64,000 nucleotides of DNA from the NCBI RefSeq assembly GCF_000189555.1, contig NC_017276.1, one strand, 5' to 3'. Below, piece after piece: positions 20,650 through 30,689 of the stretch (the first letter of the stretch is position 1; each line of letters begins with the position of its first letter). The DNA is from Saccharolobus islandicus REY15A (GTDB lineage Archaea > Thermoproteota > Thermoprotei_A > Sulfolobales > Sulfolobaceae). Under the pieces are notes generated by a model. That model was not told the origin of the DNA and searched no databases. It saw only the letters and a program-made list of their open reading frames with translations. The position numbers were made by a program, and so were the translations under genes.

Positions 20650-20739
20650 AATAAAAGTTAATCTGAACTTCTTAATAAGTATTATTAGAAGGAGAAATTT
20701 GAACAAGATTTTTTAATAAGTAGTAAATCATGATTAACA

Positions 20740-21882
20740 ATGATTGTAGGATTTGCTGGAAAACTGTCTAAAAATTATGAGAAAGATGGAATAGAGCTAT
20801 TAAAAGAAGCCATTGATGAGGCCCTAGAGATGGCAGGATTAAATTATGCTGATATTGATGGAATAATGGCGAATATAGGTAGAGGTTCATTTCACGGTAA
20901 TAAGACATATCTTAATCCTCCTGCCCAGATAAGCGAATATTTTGGAATTAAGCCAAAAATTATAGACCATGTGCAATACGGTGGACCCTCAGTATTATCA
21001 ATGATATATAGGGCATATAAGGCAATTAAGACGGGGGATGCAGAGACGATACTTTGCATACAAGGAGGGAAGATATCACATTTAAAAGATAATCATTTCC
21101 AAAAAACAGATATAATAGATAGCCCCTTTGATGATTACATAAAGATTTACGACCAGATGTCTCCAATATCTGATTATGCAATGGTTACTTATAGACACTC
21201 CAAACTCTTCGGTACAACTGATGAACAAAGGGCAGAAATTGCAGTAATGCAGAGATATAATGCAAGTTTCAATCCTAAAGCTCTATTCAGAAATCCTATT
21301 ACAGTAGAAGACGTTTTGCAATCTAGGATAGTTTCTTATCCTTTACATCTTCTTGAAATAGTTTACCCTATAGACGGCTTTCACGTTTTTGTAGTAAGTA
21401 AAAGAAGTAGCAAATCAGCCCTTAGGAATATTGATATTTTAGCATATGGAGAGGCTCATTGGCCAAATCCACCAGCTGAATGGGATGATATAATTTATAC
21501 TCCAGCAATTGAAAGCGCGAAAAGGGCTTCATTTGACCTTAATCGTGTAGACACCTTTCAACTTTACGACTCATTCACCATAACCGTGATGCTACAAATG
21601 GAGGATATAGGGTTAGTTGAGAAGGGTAAGGTTGGGCAATTCGTTGAATCCCATGACTTAACTTTCAAGGGTGATGTTCCCATTAATACTGGGGGTGGTA
21701 GTTTGAATACTGGTCAACCCGCTTACATGAGTGGTGGTGTTATTTTAGAAGAAGCTTTACTTCAATTAAACGATATGGCAGATGGCCATCAGGTTAAGGG
21801 TACTGACGTTGTATTCCTAAATGGAATTGGGTGGTGGAGTAGAAAGCATAGTGTAACTTTAGTATTGGGTGAGCGGAAATGA
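20740..21882 (+). CDS. SCP-x-type thiolase-family protein
   Basis: YDSFT and INTGGGSLNTG motifs; overlaps the DUF35 gene by 4 nt. Confidence 0.85.
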   Translation: MIVGFAGKLSKNYEKDGIELLKEAIDEALEMAGLNYADIDGIMANIGRGSFHGNKTYLNPPAQISEYFGIKPKIIDHVQYGGPSVLSMIYRAYKAIKTGDAETILCIQGGKISHLKDNHFQKTDIIDSPFDDYIKIYDQMSPISDYAMVTYRHSKLFGTTDEQRAEIAVMQRYNASFNPKALFRNPITVEDVLQSRIVSYPLHLLEIVYPIDGFHVFVVSKRSSKSALRNIDILAYGEAHWPNPPAEWDDIIYTPAIESAKRASFDLNRVDTFQLYDSFTITVMLQMEDIGLVEKGKVGQFVESHDLTFKGDVPINTGGGSLNTGQPAYMSGGVILEEALLQLNDMADGHQVKGTDVVFLNGIGWWSRKHSVTLVLGERK

Positions 21883-22235
21883 GAGATGACGAGATAAGAG
21901 AATCATACTTTAAATATTTCAATGAGGAGAAGTTACCGTTTATTCAATGTAAAAATTGTGGTCATAGGTTTTACTATCCAAGAGCATTTTGTCCTAAATG
22001 TGGCTCTTCAGATGTTGAAGTTAGATTTAGTGAAGGGCGAGGTAAAATATTTGCGATGACTAAAATCTATAGGAAAGACGGTAGCTATGTTATTTATGGG
22101 ATAGTAGAGCTAGAGGAGGGGTTTAGAATGTATTCCAATATAGTCGAGGGGAATCAAGCTGACATTGGTAAGAGAGTTGAAGTAATATTTAAGGAGATTA
22201 ACGGCAAGAAATACCCCCTATTTAAGGTTATCTAG
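21879..22235 (+). CDS. DUF35 Zn-ribbon/OB-fold protein (thiolase partner)
   Basis: QCKNCG...PRAFCPKC and VELEEGFRM motifs. Confidence 0.9.
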   Translation: MRDDEIRESYFKYFNEEKLPFIQCKNCGHRFYYPRAFCPKCGSSDVEVRFSEGRGKIFAMTKIYRKDGSYVIYGIVELEEGFRMYSNIVEGNQADIGKRVEVIFKEINGKKYPLFKVI

Positions 22236-22302
22236 CTCTTAGTTTCATTTTTTATCTATAAAGGTAAAAAAGCTTAAATATAGAAAAGATTACATATTAC
22301 AT

Positions 22303-23973
22303 GTGGAGATAATAAAAGGTTTTCCTTCAACTATGATGGATGACTATCAACTTAACGTCAAGCAAATATTAGAACATGCAGGGAAGTGGTATGGGGAACA
22401 AGAAATTGTCTCTAGGAAAAAGGATAATACGATCTTTAGATACAATTATAGGGAAGCATTTAGAAGGGTTAAGAAACTTGCAAGTTCGCTTAAGTCTTTA
22501 GGGGTTAAGGTGGGTGATAGAGTAGGTGTACTAGAATGGAACACGCATAGGTTTTACGAATTATACTTCGCAATCCCTGCTACTGGTGCTGTAATGTTAG
22601 AGCTAAATCCTAGACTTCACCCACTTCAATTGGCAAAGATTATTAACCACTCTAAAGTATCATTTCTTTTCTTAAACGAGGACTTCATTCCTATAGTTGA
22701 GAGTATATCAAACAATATCCCGTCCGTTAAGAAGCTCATATTGATTTCCGACACTGAGAAGATTCATCGAAATAGTTACTACGATTACGAGACATTGGTA
22801 GAGGAAGGTGATGAGGAATATGAGATACCAATGTTCGATGAGAAGACGTCGTGTTATGCAGCATATACTACTGGTACTACTGGAGACCCTAAAGGGATAT
22901 ATTATTCACATAGATCAATTGTATTAAATACATTAGTAATATCACGTAATATCACAATAGATGATACTTTTATGCAATTAGTACCTATGTTTCACGTAAA
23001 TGGTTGGTTAGGATTTATGGCTACTACACTAGTTGGAGCGAAGTTAGTGTTACCAGGGAGATATACTGCAGATAACCCAAGACCGTTAGTTGACTTAATG
23101 ATTAACGAGAAAGTTACAGTTACTGCTGGTGTTCCAGAAGTGTTTAGTTCAATTTTAAACTATTTAAGGAACATGGAAAACAAACCATTATTTGTGAATT
23201 CTAGAATACTTATAGGAGGAAGTGAACCTCCTCTAAGCTTAGTAATAGGTCTGATGGAGTTTGGATTTCAAGTTGGACAAGGATATGGTGCTACTGAGAC
23301 TACACCTTCAGTTGCAGGCAGTGTTGTTAAACCCAAGATAAAGGAAAGATATTCTGAAAAGGATATGTTGGATTTGTTGAGAAAACAAGGTATACCAGCT
23401 TTTGGAATTGATATAAAGGTAGTTGATCCTTCAACTGGTAAAGAAGTTCCTCATGATGGTAAAACTATAGGGGAGTTATGGATCAGAGGGCCTTGGATTG
23501 CTTCTGCCTACTATAATGATCCCAGAACTGTAGAGTCTTTTGTAGGTGATGGTGTAGATAGATGGTGGAGAAGTGGTGATTTAGCTGTAGTAGATGAGCT
23601 AGGTTATATTAAAATAGTAGATAGGATAAAGGACGTTATAAAGAGTGGGGGAGAATGGATAAGTACAGTAGATTTGGAGAACCACTTAATGACCCATCCA
23701 GCTGTAGCTGAGGCTACAGTTATAGGTATTCCTCACCCTAAGTGGGGGGAGAGACCATTAGCTTTCGTTGTTTTAAGGCAAGGATTTGAAAATAAGATAA
23801 GTAAGCAGGAACTATTAGGGTATTTAAGCCAGAGATTTGCCAAATGGCAGCTACCTGATGATATAATATTCGTCAAGGAGATTCCTAAGACTAGTGTAGG
23901 GAAATTTGATAAGAAGGTTTTAAGGGAAAAATATAGAGATTTCTTTACTAGTGATAGAAAAGAAAGTATTTAA
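22303..23973 (+). CDS. Medium/long-chain acyl-CoA ligase (AlkK-like)
   Basis: YTTGTTGDPKG, GYGATET, SGD and DRIKDVIKSGGEWIS motifs. Confidence 0.95.
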   Translation: MEIIKGFPSTMMDDYQLNVKQILEHAGKWYGEQEIVSRKKDNTIFRYNYREAFRRVKKLASSLKSLGVKVGDRVGVLEWNTHRFYELYFAIPATGAVMLELNPRLHPLQLAKIINHSKVSFLFLNEDFIPIVESISNNIPSVKKLILISDTEKIHRNSYYDYETLVEEGDEEYEIPMFDEKTSCYAAYTTGTTGDPKGIYYSHRSIVLNTLVISRNITIDDTFMQLVPMFHVNGWLGFMATTLVGAKLVLPGRYTADNPRPLVDLMINEKVTVTAGVPEVFSSILNYLRNMENKPLFVNSRILIGGSEPPLSLVIGLMEFGFQVGQGYGATETTPSVAGSVVKPKIKERYSEKDMLDLLRKQGIPAFGIDIKVVDPSTGKEVPHDGKTIGELWIRGPWIASAYYNDPRTVESFVGDGVDRWWRSGDLAVVDELGYIKIVDRIKDVIKSGGEWISTVDLENHLMTHPAVAEATVIGIPHPKWGERPLAFVVLRQGFENKISKQELLGYLSQRFAKWQLPDDIIFVKEIPKTSVGKFDKKVLREKYRDFFTSDRKESI

Positions 23974-23996
23974 AGTGAAGAGGAGGTATTAAAATT

Positions 23997-25109
23997 ATGA
24001 GTAAAAATGAGGATGAATTGGAAGAGTACAGAAGTAAGATAAGGGAGTGGATAAGGAATAATGTACCGGAGGAGATAAGCTCTAAAGGAGATATGGCTCC
24101 TCCTGAGATCTTAAGGGAGTGGCAAAGGAGAATATATGAGGCAGGATATTTAGGGGTTTCTTGGCCAAAGGAATATGGTGGATGGGGAGAAAATCCGATT
24201 AAGGAGATAATAGTTAGAGAGGAGTTCGCCAAGGCAGGAGTACCTTATGCAACAGTTGGATTAGGAGTATCTGTAGTTGGTCCAGCAATAATTCTCAACG
24301 GTACTGAAGAACAGAAGAGGAAATACATAAGGAGAATATTAACGGCTGAGGATATATGGTGTCAAGGTTTTTCTGAACCACAAGCTGGTTCAGATTTAGC
24401 TGGAATAAAGACTAAAGCTGAGGATAAGGGGGATCACTTTCTAGTTAATGGACAGAAGATATGGAGTAGTTATGCACATTTGGCTAACTATTGTCTTCTT
24501 CTAACTAGAACTGGTGATGTATCGGAGAGACATAAGGGGCTTACTATGCTTATAGTTGATATGAAAAGTGAGGGAATAAGAGTAAGCCCAATAAAGCAAA
24601 TTACTGGGAGGTCAGAATTTAACACATTGTATTTTAATAACGTAAAGGTTCCTAAGGAGAACGTAGTCGGTAAGGTCGGTGAAGGATGGAAAGTGGCAAT
24701 GTCAACGCTAAATTATGAGAGGCTTAACATAGGAACAATATTATTTACAGTAGAGAGGCTTATAAGGGAATTATCTATTAACAATGAGGAATTGTTCAAT
24801 ACCGCTGAGGATATAGTAGCACTAAAGTCATTTTATAAGAGGATATTGGAGCGGCTTAAGAAGGGATATGTTGCAGGTCCAGAGGCTGCAGTGATAAAGT
24901 TAGTAGCTTCAGAGGCCATACAGAGAGTTTATGAAAATGGAGTAACTAATGCTGGAATAGAAGGGCTAGTAATGGAAAATGGAGCTGGATTTAGACCAGA
25001 GATAATATATGGCTTATTAGCCTCTAGAGCTATAACAATAGCTGGCGGGACTTCAGAGATATTAAGGAATTTATTAGGAGAAGTTGTTCTAGGATTACCA
25101 AAAGGATAA
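23997..25109 (+). CDS. Acyl-CoA dehydrogenase (alpha-subunit-like)
   Basis: WCQGFSEPQAGSDLA, NGQKIWSS and IAGGTSEI motifs. Confidence 0.9.
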   Translation: MSKNEDELEEYRSKIREWIRNNVPEEISSKGDMAPPEILREWQRRIYEAGYLGVSWPKEYGGWGENPIKEIIVREEFAKAGVPYATVGLGVSVVGPAIILNGTEEQKRKYIRRILTAEDIWCQGFSEPQAGSDLAGIKTKAEDKGDHFLVNGQKIWSSYAHLANYCLLLTRTGDVSERHKGLTMLIVDMKSEGIRVSPIKQITGRSEFNTLYFNNVKVPKENVVGKVGEGWKVAMSTLNYERLNIGTILFTVERLIRELSINNEELFNTAEDIVALKSFYKRILERLKKGYVAGPEAAVIKLVASEAIQRVYENGVTNAGIEGLVMENGAGFRPEIIYGLLASRAITIAGGTSEILRNLLGEVVLGLPKG

Positions 25110-25134
25110 AGAAAGAAAATAAAGTTAATAAAAA

Positions 25135-27126
25135 TTATTCTCCTTTAAATTGTGGTTTTCTTTTCTCCAAGAAAGCTTTTACTCCTTCTTCCACATCTTT
25201 AGTTGTAAATAAAAGCCCAAATAATGTGGATTCAAGGGTCTGTCCAGTCCAGATATTGGATTCATATCCTAATTCTATCGCTAGTTTAGCTGCCAACAAG
25301 GATATTGGAGATTTTTCAGCTATTTTCAATGCTACCCTTCTTACCTCTTCCTCGAACCTATTGGCTGGGGCTACTAGATCCACTAGTCCCATCTTATACG
25401 CATCTTCAGCGGAAACCATATCACCGGTATATATCATTAACTTAGCCTTTCCCTTCCCGACTAGTCTGGGTAATCTCTGTGTTCCCCCAGCTCCAGGTAT
25501 TATACCTATGTTTATCTCAGGTTGTCCTAATTGCGCAACTTCTGAAGCTATCCTTATATCGCAAGCCATGGCCAACTCAAGTCCACCCCCTAATGCAAAT
25601 CCATTTATCCCTGCAATTATTGGCTTAGTATAAAGAGCAATTTTGTTTACTACATTCCTTAGAGTCCTCAATCTTATTACGTCTATTGGTCTTAGCGTAA
25701 TAAACGAACTAACATCGGCTCCAGCTGAGAAAGCCCTACCGTTCCCTGTGATAATAACAACTCTTACGTCACTTCTGCCCTCTAATTCATCTAGACTCTT
25801 GTCAAGTTCACTTACCAACTCTGGATTTAATGCGTTTAAACGCTCTGGTCTATTTAATATAATCCACGCTAGGGGTGGTTCAATACGTATAATAAGTGTG
25901 TTTAGTTTCTTCTCCTCAACCTTTCCATATGTATAGAACCCACTACCACTCTTTATTCCTAATTTATTCTCTCCTACCATTTGAGTTAGCAAGGGATCCG
26001 GTGAGAAAACACTATAACCAGATAATGCCTTTAGGTCTTCCAAAGCCTTAACCACGCTATCAATTCCTAGTTCATCTGCATATTGGAATATTCCCTTTGG
26101 AAGTCCTAAGCCTAATCTCACACCTAAATCTATGTCATCCCTACTCGCTATTCCTTCTCTCAATAGTCTAGCAGCCTCATTTACAGCTCCAGCTAAAATT
26201 AATACGGGGTTTAATTTATCAGCTAATTCTTTTGGCAATTCTGGTTTAACATACTTGCCTGGTCCTGGATATGTATAGAAACCTTTTCCAGTTTTTACAC
26301 CTAGTTCATTGTTCTTAAACTTCTGCTCTATTAGACTGCATATTGGTATATCATCTCTTATCCCTAATTCCTCTCTAGACTTTGAAACGTAATATGCAAC
26401 ATCTACTCCAGTATAGTCTATTAACTCATACACCCCCATTGGAAATCCTAATTTATATCTAGCTACTGCGTCAACTTCTCTGTAGTCCGCAACTTTCTTC
26501 TCCACTAATATACATGAGGCGATATTTATCTGGCCCAATATCCTATTAACAACATAACCCGGTACGTCTTTGTTTATCATTATTGGTTGTTTGCCAAACC
26601 TCTTTGCTAAATCGTAAGTTATTTTGGCGGTTTCGTCGCTAGTTTTATCTCCTTTCATCACTTCCACAAGTTGCATTAATACTGGTGGGTTAAAGAAGTG
26701 CATCCCCACAACTTTATCTGGTCTCTTAGTAGCTTCAGCTATTTTAGTAATTGGTAGACTGCTCGTATTTGTGGCTAATATTGCATGAGATGGTAATAAT
26801 TCGTCAAGTTTAGAAAATACTTGTCTTTTTATATCCATCCTCTCTGTTGAAGCTTCTATTGAGAAGTCTGCGTCACTTACTGTCTTATCTAATCCCACTA
26901 TAGTAGTTATCCTAGACATTATGGTATCGATACTCTCTTTTATCTGTCCTCTCTCTTGTAACTTACTTAAACTCCATCTTATCCTTTCTAATGCACTGTT
27001 TAATATGTCTTGAGATATATCGCTTAAGTACACCTTATACCCTGAAATTGCAGCAATTTCAGCTATACCGTGTCCCATTGTTCCTGCTCCGACTACAAGT
27101 ACTTTTTTAATATCTTCTACTTTCAT
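25135..27126 (-). CDS. Bifunctional 3-hydroxyacyl-CoA dehydrogenase / enoyl-CoA hydratase
   Basis: GAGTMGHG, TNTSSL and MHFFNP motifs followed by a crotonase domain (GGGLELAMACD, GGTQRL). Confidence 0.95.
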   Translation of the reverse strand: MKVEDIKKVLVVGAGTMGHGIAEIAAISGYKVYLSDISQDILNSALERIRWSLSKLQERGQIKESIDTIMSRITTIVGLDKTVSDADFSIEASTERMDIKRQVFSKLDELLPSHAILATNTSSLPITKIAEATKRPDKVVGMHFFNPPVLMQLVEVMKGDKTSDETAKITYDLAKRFGKQPIMINKDVPGYVVNRILGQINIASCILVEKKVADYREVDAVARYKLGFPMGVYELIDYTGVDVAYYVSKSREELGIRDDIPICSLIEQKFKNNELGVKTGKGFYTYPGPGKYVKPELPKELADKLNPVLILAGAVNEAARLLREGIASRDDIDLGVRLGLGLPKGIFQYADELGIDSVVKALEDLKALSGYSVFSPDPLLTQMVGENKLGIKSGSGFYTYGKVEEKKLNTLIIRIEPPLAWIILNRPERLNALNPELVSELDKSLDELEGRSDVRVVIITGNGRAFSAGADVSSFITLRPIDVIRLRTLRNVVNKIALYTKPIIAGINGFALGGGLELAMACDIRIASEVAQLGQPEINIGIIPGAGGTQRLPRLVGKGKAKLMIYTGDMVSAEDAYKMGLVDLVAPANRFEEEVRRVALKIAEKSPISLLAAKLAIELGYESNIWTGQTLESTLFGLLFTTKDVEEGVKAFLEKRKPQFKGE

Positions 27127-27207
27127 CGGATAAAGATAAGCAAAATAAGGTTAAAAAGTAATCTCAATTCAATCTTCATACAATTTTTAATATTTACCCA
27201 TTTTATA

Positions 27208-28140
27208 TCAACTACTCATAGTATAATAAATACTATTAGTGTTGTTTATCTCCCTTATAACGCCCTCTTCGACCAAGTATTTAATATGTGCTAATGTTTC
27301 CCCCATTGCCAATTGCTTATCAAAAGTAGAGAGTTCATCCCACTTCTTATACCAAGAAATTCTAGACGCAATATCAAATCCATTAGCCCTTCTCAAAACA
27401 CTTATAATATTCTTTATTTCCTCTAGCCTTTTTTTATGGTGTTCCTTTATTTCCTCTACCCTTTTACTTACATCTTTGAATGGCTCTCCATGTGCTGGAT
27501 ATAATTGCTCAACACTTAATCTTTCTATCCTATTGAGACTTTCTAAATACGCCTTCAATGGGTTATCTTCCAATCTCAATAACGATATATTTGGCGTTAT
27601 GTCTTGCAATATGTGATCCCCGCAGAAGACTACTTTGTCGTAGGCTAGGCAAATATGTCCCATGGTATGACCAGGCGTTAATAATACTCTCATCTGTCCT
27701 TGCCCAAATTTTACCACATCCCCATCCTTAACGGTATTGAAATTTACGCTGTCAATTATTTCGTTAAATCGACTTCTATTTTTAAACATTTTCTGAATGA
27801 ACTCCTCTGGAAATCCGTTCGCGAGAAGATATTGCCTCATTTCCTTTTCATATTCTTCACTTACCAGATAGGCTATATATTCGAACTCCCTATCTGATAT
27901 CAATATGTCACTCTTATCCTTAAACAATCTAACTAGCCCCATGTGATCTGGATGGTAGTGGGTAACTACAACTAAGTTTGGATAACCATGAGCCTTCAAA
28001 TAATTTGTTAACGTGATTACATCTTCTTGAGTAGGTAGTCCAGTATCGATTAGTATGCCCTCTTCATTATCTTTTACTAAATATGTGTTTATGTACTTTA
28101 AGGGACCTTGCATTGGTAACTTTAAAGTAAATATCGTCAC
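27208..28140 (-). CDS. Metallo-beta-lactamase fold hydrolase
   Basis: THYHPDH, PGHT, GDH and PAHG motifs. Confidence 0.9.
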   Translation of the reverse strand: MTIFTLKLPMQGPLKYINTYLVKDNEEGILIDTGLPTQEDVITLTNYLKAHGYPNLVVVTHYHPDHMGLVRLFKDKSDILISDREFEYIAYLVSEEYEKEMRQYLLANGFPEEFIQKMFKNRSRFNEIIDSVNFNTVKDGDVVKFGQGQMRVLLTPGHTMGHICLAYDKVVFCGDHILQDITPNISLLRLEDNPLKAYLESLNRIERLSVEQLYPAHGEPFKDVSKRVEEIKEHHKKRLEEIKNIISVLRRANGFDIASRISWYKKWDELSTFDKQLAMGETLAHIKYLVEEGVIREINNTNSIYYTMSS

Positions 28141-28372
28141 AAACTCACTATCTCTTGACTAACTTTAAAATTTATCTCTTTAGTCCAATAAACTTATTGT
28201 ACTTTCATTGACCTTAAAAATTGAATAAATAGATAAATAATAAGAAGGTTTGCCCTTTGCTCTAATTAGGAGTTAAACTCATTCGATTTTTGTATCAAAT
28301 TTCTCTATGATATATATTATTGATAGCTAATATCTAATTATACAATTTATGTATAAGTCTAAAAAATTGACT

Positions 28373-28393
28373 TTCATAAGATATTTTTATGAA
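28373..28393. promoter_or_regulatory. Inverted repeat TTCATAA-N7-TTATGAA over the MFS2 promoter
   Basis: Perfect arms, ending 22 nt before the ATG at 28415, the same spacing as in paralog 1. Confidence 0.6.
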
Positions 28394-28414
28394 TTTATTG
28401 ATCTAAGTAACCTC

Positions 28415-29815
28415 ATGAGTAATAAGTTAGATGAATATCTAGCTAGGATAGATAGATTACCAACCTGGGGACTATCATATGCGCTACTATGGGCATTAGG
28501 GATAGGGTATTTTGCCACCCTATATGATGCAGTATCGAATTTAGGTTACGCTTTACCATTTATCCCTTTCATAAACGCAACTCAAGCTTCAATTATTGTA
28601 TCTGTGGGATTAGCAGGTTACATAGTAGGTTCGATGGGATTTGGTATCGCTTCAGATAGGATAGGTAGAAGACCAATACTGATTGTCACGTTTGCGCTTC
28701 TAGGAATTGGCAGTTTAGGTATGGGTTTAGCTACTAACTATTTCACGCTTTTTATTTTTAGAGTACTAGAGGGCATAGGTATCGGAGCAGCTCTCAATTT
28801 AGCTATGGTCTATGTTGCAGAGTTTTCTCCTAGTACGAAAAGGGGAAAATATGCAAATTGGATTTTCATTTCAGGGTGGACAGCAGTGGGGGCAGGTACA
28901 GTGGTTGCAGCGTTCATTGTCACTATTAGCCCTACAATAGGTTGGAGAATAATTTTCCTTTTGCCTGGAGTCTTAGCTCTTATAACTACTGTCATTTTAG
29001 CTATTTCATCGCCAGAAAGTGTTAGAATATTGGTGAAGAAAGGAAAGATACAAGATGTGGAAAGGATTGTAAATAGAATGGAAGAGATAAGCATGAGGAG
29101 AGCTAAAATGGAATCGCTTCCACAGCCTAAGATAGTTCATTACGAAGAGATTCCATCCTATAGCCAACTGAAAATACTAAGAGAGCCGAAATATCTTAAG
29201 CGTCTAATTTCGCTTACAGTTTTCTGGTTTTTCATTTACTTTATACAATACACATCCACTGGACTCGGTCCTACATTCGTAAAAGTAGTGGTAGGATTTT
29301 CTCCGGCCCAATATGCAGAGTATATTAGATTATCAGGGTTTGCAGCGATAGGAGCCACCATAATCTCATTTATATTGCTAGGCATTGTGGAAAGGACAGA
29401 TAGAAGGTTATTAACCCAGATTGGAGGAATAGGGTTCCTAGTTAGCTCTTTTGTTTCCACTTACTTATTGCTCAACAAGGAACTTATAACTTGGTTTATA
29501 GCATATTTTCTCCTTGAATTCATTCTTAACCCACCATACCTAGCTGGATATTTAATGAGTAGTGAAGCCTTCCCAACGGCAGCTAGATCAACAAGCTTCG
29601 CCATAACTGATGGTATAGGGCATTTGGGTGGAGTTGTGGGGCCTTTACTTTTATTTCCCTTAATAGGGATAATAGGTCCATTACCAGCATGGATAGTTCT
29701 AGGTCTTCCAGTTCCTTTTGCTGCTGCATTGTTATGGTTTACAATTCCAAAGACAGTAGGGGTTAGACTTGAGGAGGTCAATGAAGCTTACAGAGAGGGC
29801 GCTACACAAAGATAA
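28415..29815 (+). CDS. MFS transporter, paralog 2
   Basis: Clear paralog of 17878-19299 (MSNKLDEYLARIDRLPTWGLSY, SDRIGRR, EAFPTAARS). Confidence 0.9.
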   Translation: MSNKLDEYLARIDRLPTWGLSYALLWALGIGYFATLYDAVSNLGYALPFIPFINATQASIIVSVGLAGYIVGSMGFGIASDRIGRRPILIVTFALLGIGSLGMGLATNYFTLFIFRVLEGIGIGAALNLAMVYVAEFSPSTKRGKYANWIFISGWTAVGAGTVVAAFIVTISPTIGWRIIFLLPGVLALITTVILAISSPESVRILVKKGKIQDVERIVNRMEEISMRRAKMESLPQPKIVHYEEIPSYSQLKILREPKYLKRLISLTVFWFFIYFIQYTSTGLGPTFVKVVVGFSPAQYAEYIRLSGFAAIGATIISFILLGIVERTDRRLLTQIGGIGFLVSSFVSTYLLLNKELITWFIAYFLLEFILNPPYLAGYLMSSEAFPTAARSTSFAITDGIGHLGGVVGPLLLFPLIGIIGPLPAWIVLGLPVPFAAALLWFTIPKTVGVRLEEVNEAYREGATQR

Positions 29816-29922
29816 CTCATAGCTAAATAATCATTAGCGAAACTTTAGAGCATTAATAATGAAAGTTTCTTAAAATTAAATAGTAAACTATATATGGAGT
29901 CAAAAAAGATTGATTAGGTGGA

Positions 29923-30684
29923 ATGATTCCTCTAGATCCGGAAGTAAGTAGCATTGAAGAAATGGAAGCTAAAGGTATTTACGCTACACCCAGTAAAGGA
30001 GGGACAAATAACCCTATCTGGGCTTACGCGTTAGCAAATTCAGATATGCCAAGTCCAGATCCCAAATATAAGACTATAACTGATTTCTTAATGGATAGTT
30101 TGTACATAAGTGGATCAGCGAATCCTTACGATTATCCATGTTCTAAAAAAGAAGATATGTTCCCAATTTTAGCTTCTTTCGACTCTTACTGGCCATATAG
30201 GTTAAGTCTAGAAAGGGAGTTAAAATTTGACTATTAAGGAAATACTTTTCCTCACTATAGCATTTGTCAGCGAAAGGTTAGGTCTTCAAGTCTTTGACAG
30301 TGAGAGATTACCTCCAAATAGTGAAGTCATCTCGTTGAAGGGATAGGTCATTTGGATGTGTACACTGGGATGAATCCTTTTTCATGTTAATAGAAATCTT
30401 TTTATATTTAAGTATGTTAAGATTTTATTGATAAATGATAACCTCTCACGCCGATGTGGGCTATGCCCAAAAGGGTGGGAGTAAAAATTACGGAGATGTG
30501 AGCCCCGTGCCGTTGGGCTCAAATGAGTCCCATGACCCACCTAAAAGGTGGTTGAGGGCTAAGTCCCTATACTCGATCATGAACGAATATAAAATGATTT
30601 AAATGAAAGTGTAGGGGACAAACGGAAAACAGTGAAAAAGACGTCAACTCCATAGTGTTAAAGTGGTTGTCGCAACAACATTAA
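29923..30684 (+). pseudogene. Chimeric esterase/lipase pseudogene
   Basis: MIPLDPEV start fused to the C-terminal half of an alpha/beta hydrolase. The frame continues past TAA (30235) and a later TAG through GHLDVYTG, is interrupted by a 257-bp insert, and resumes as NSEKDVNSIVLKWLSQQH*. Confidence 0.8.
30369..30625 (+). mobile_element. Non-autonomous tnpB-derived element (IS605/IS607-type internal deletion derivative)
   Basis: Interrupts a hydrolase frame; contains tnpB 3'-like sequence (SPVPLGSNESHDPPK...MKV*) and ends GTAGGGGACAAACGG. A homologous end lies at 60817-60872 on the minus strand. Confidence 0.65.
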
Positions 30685-30689
30685 TTACT

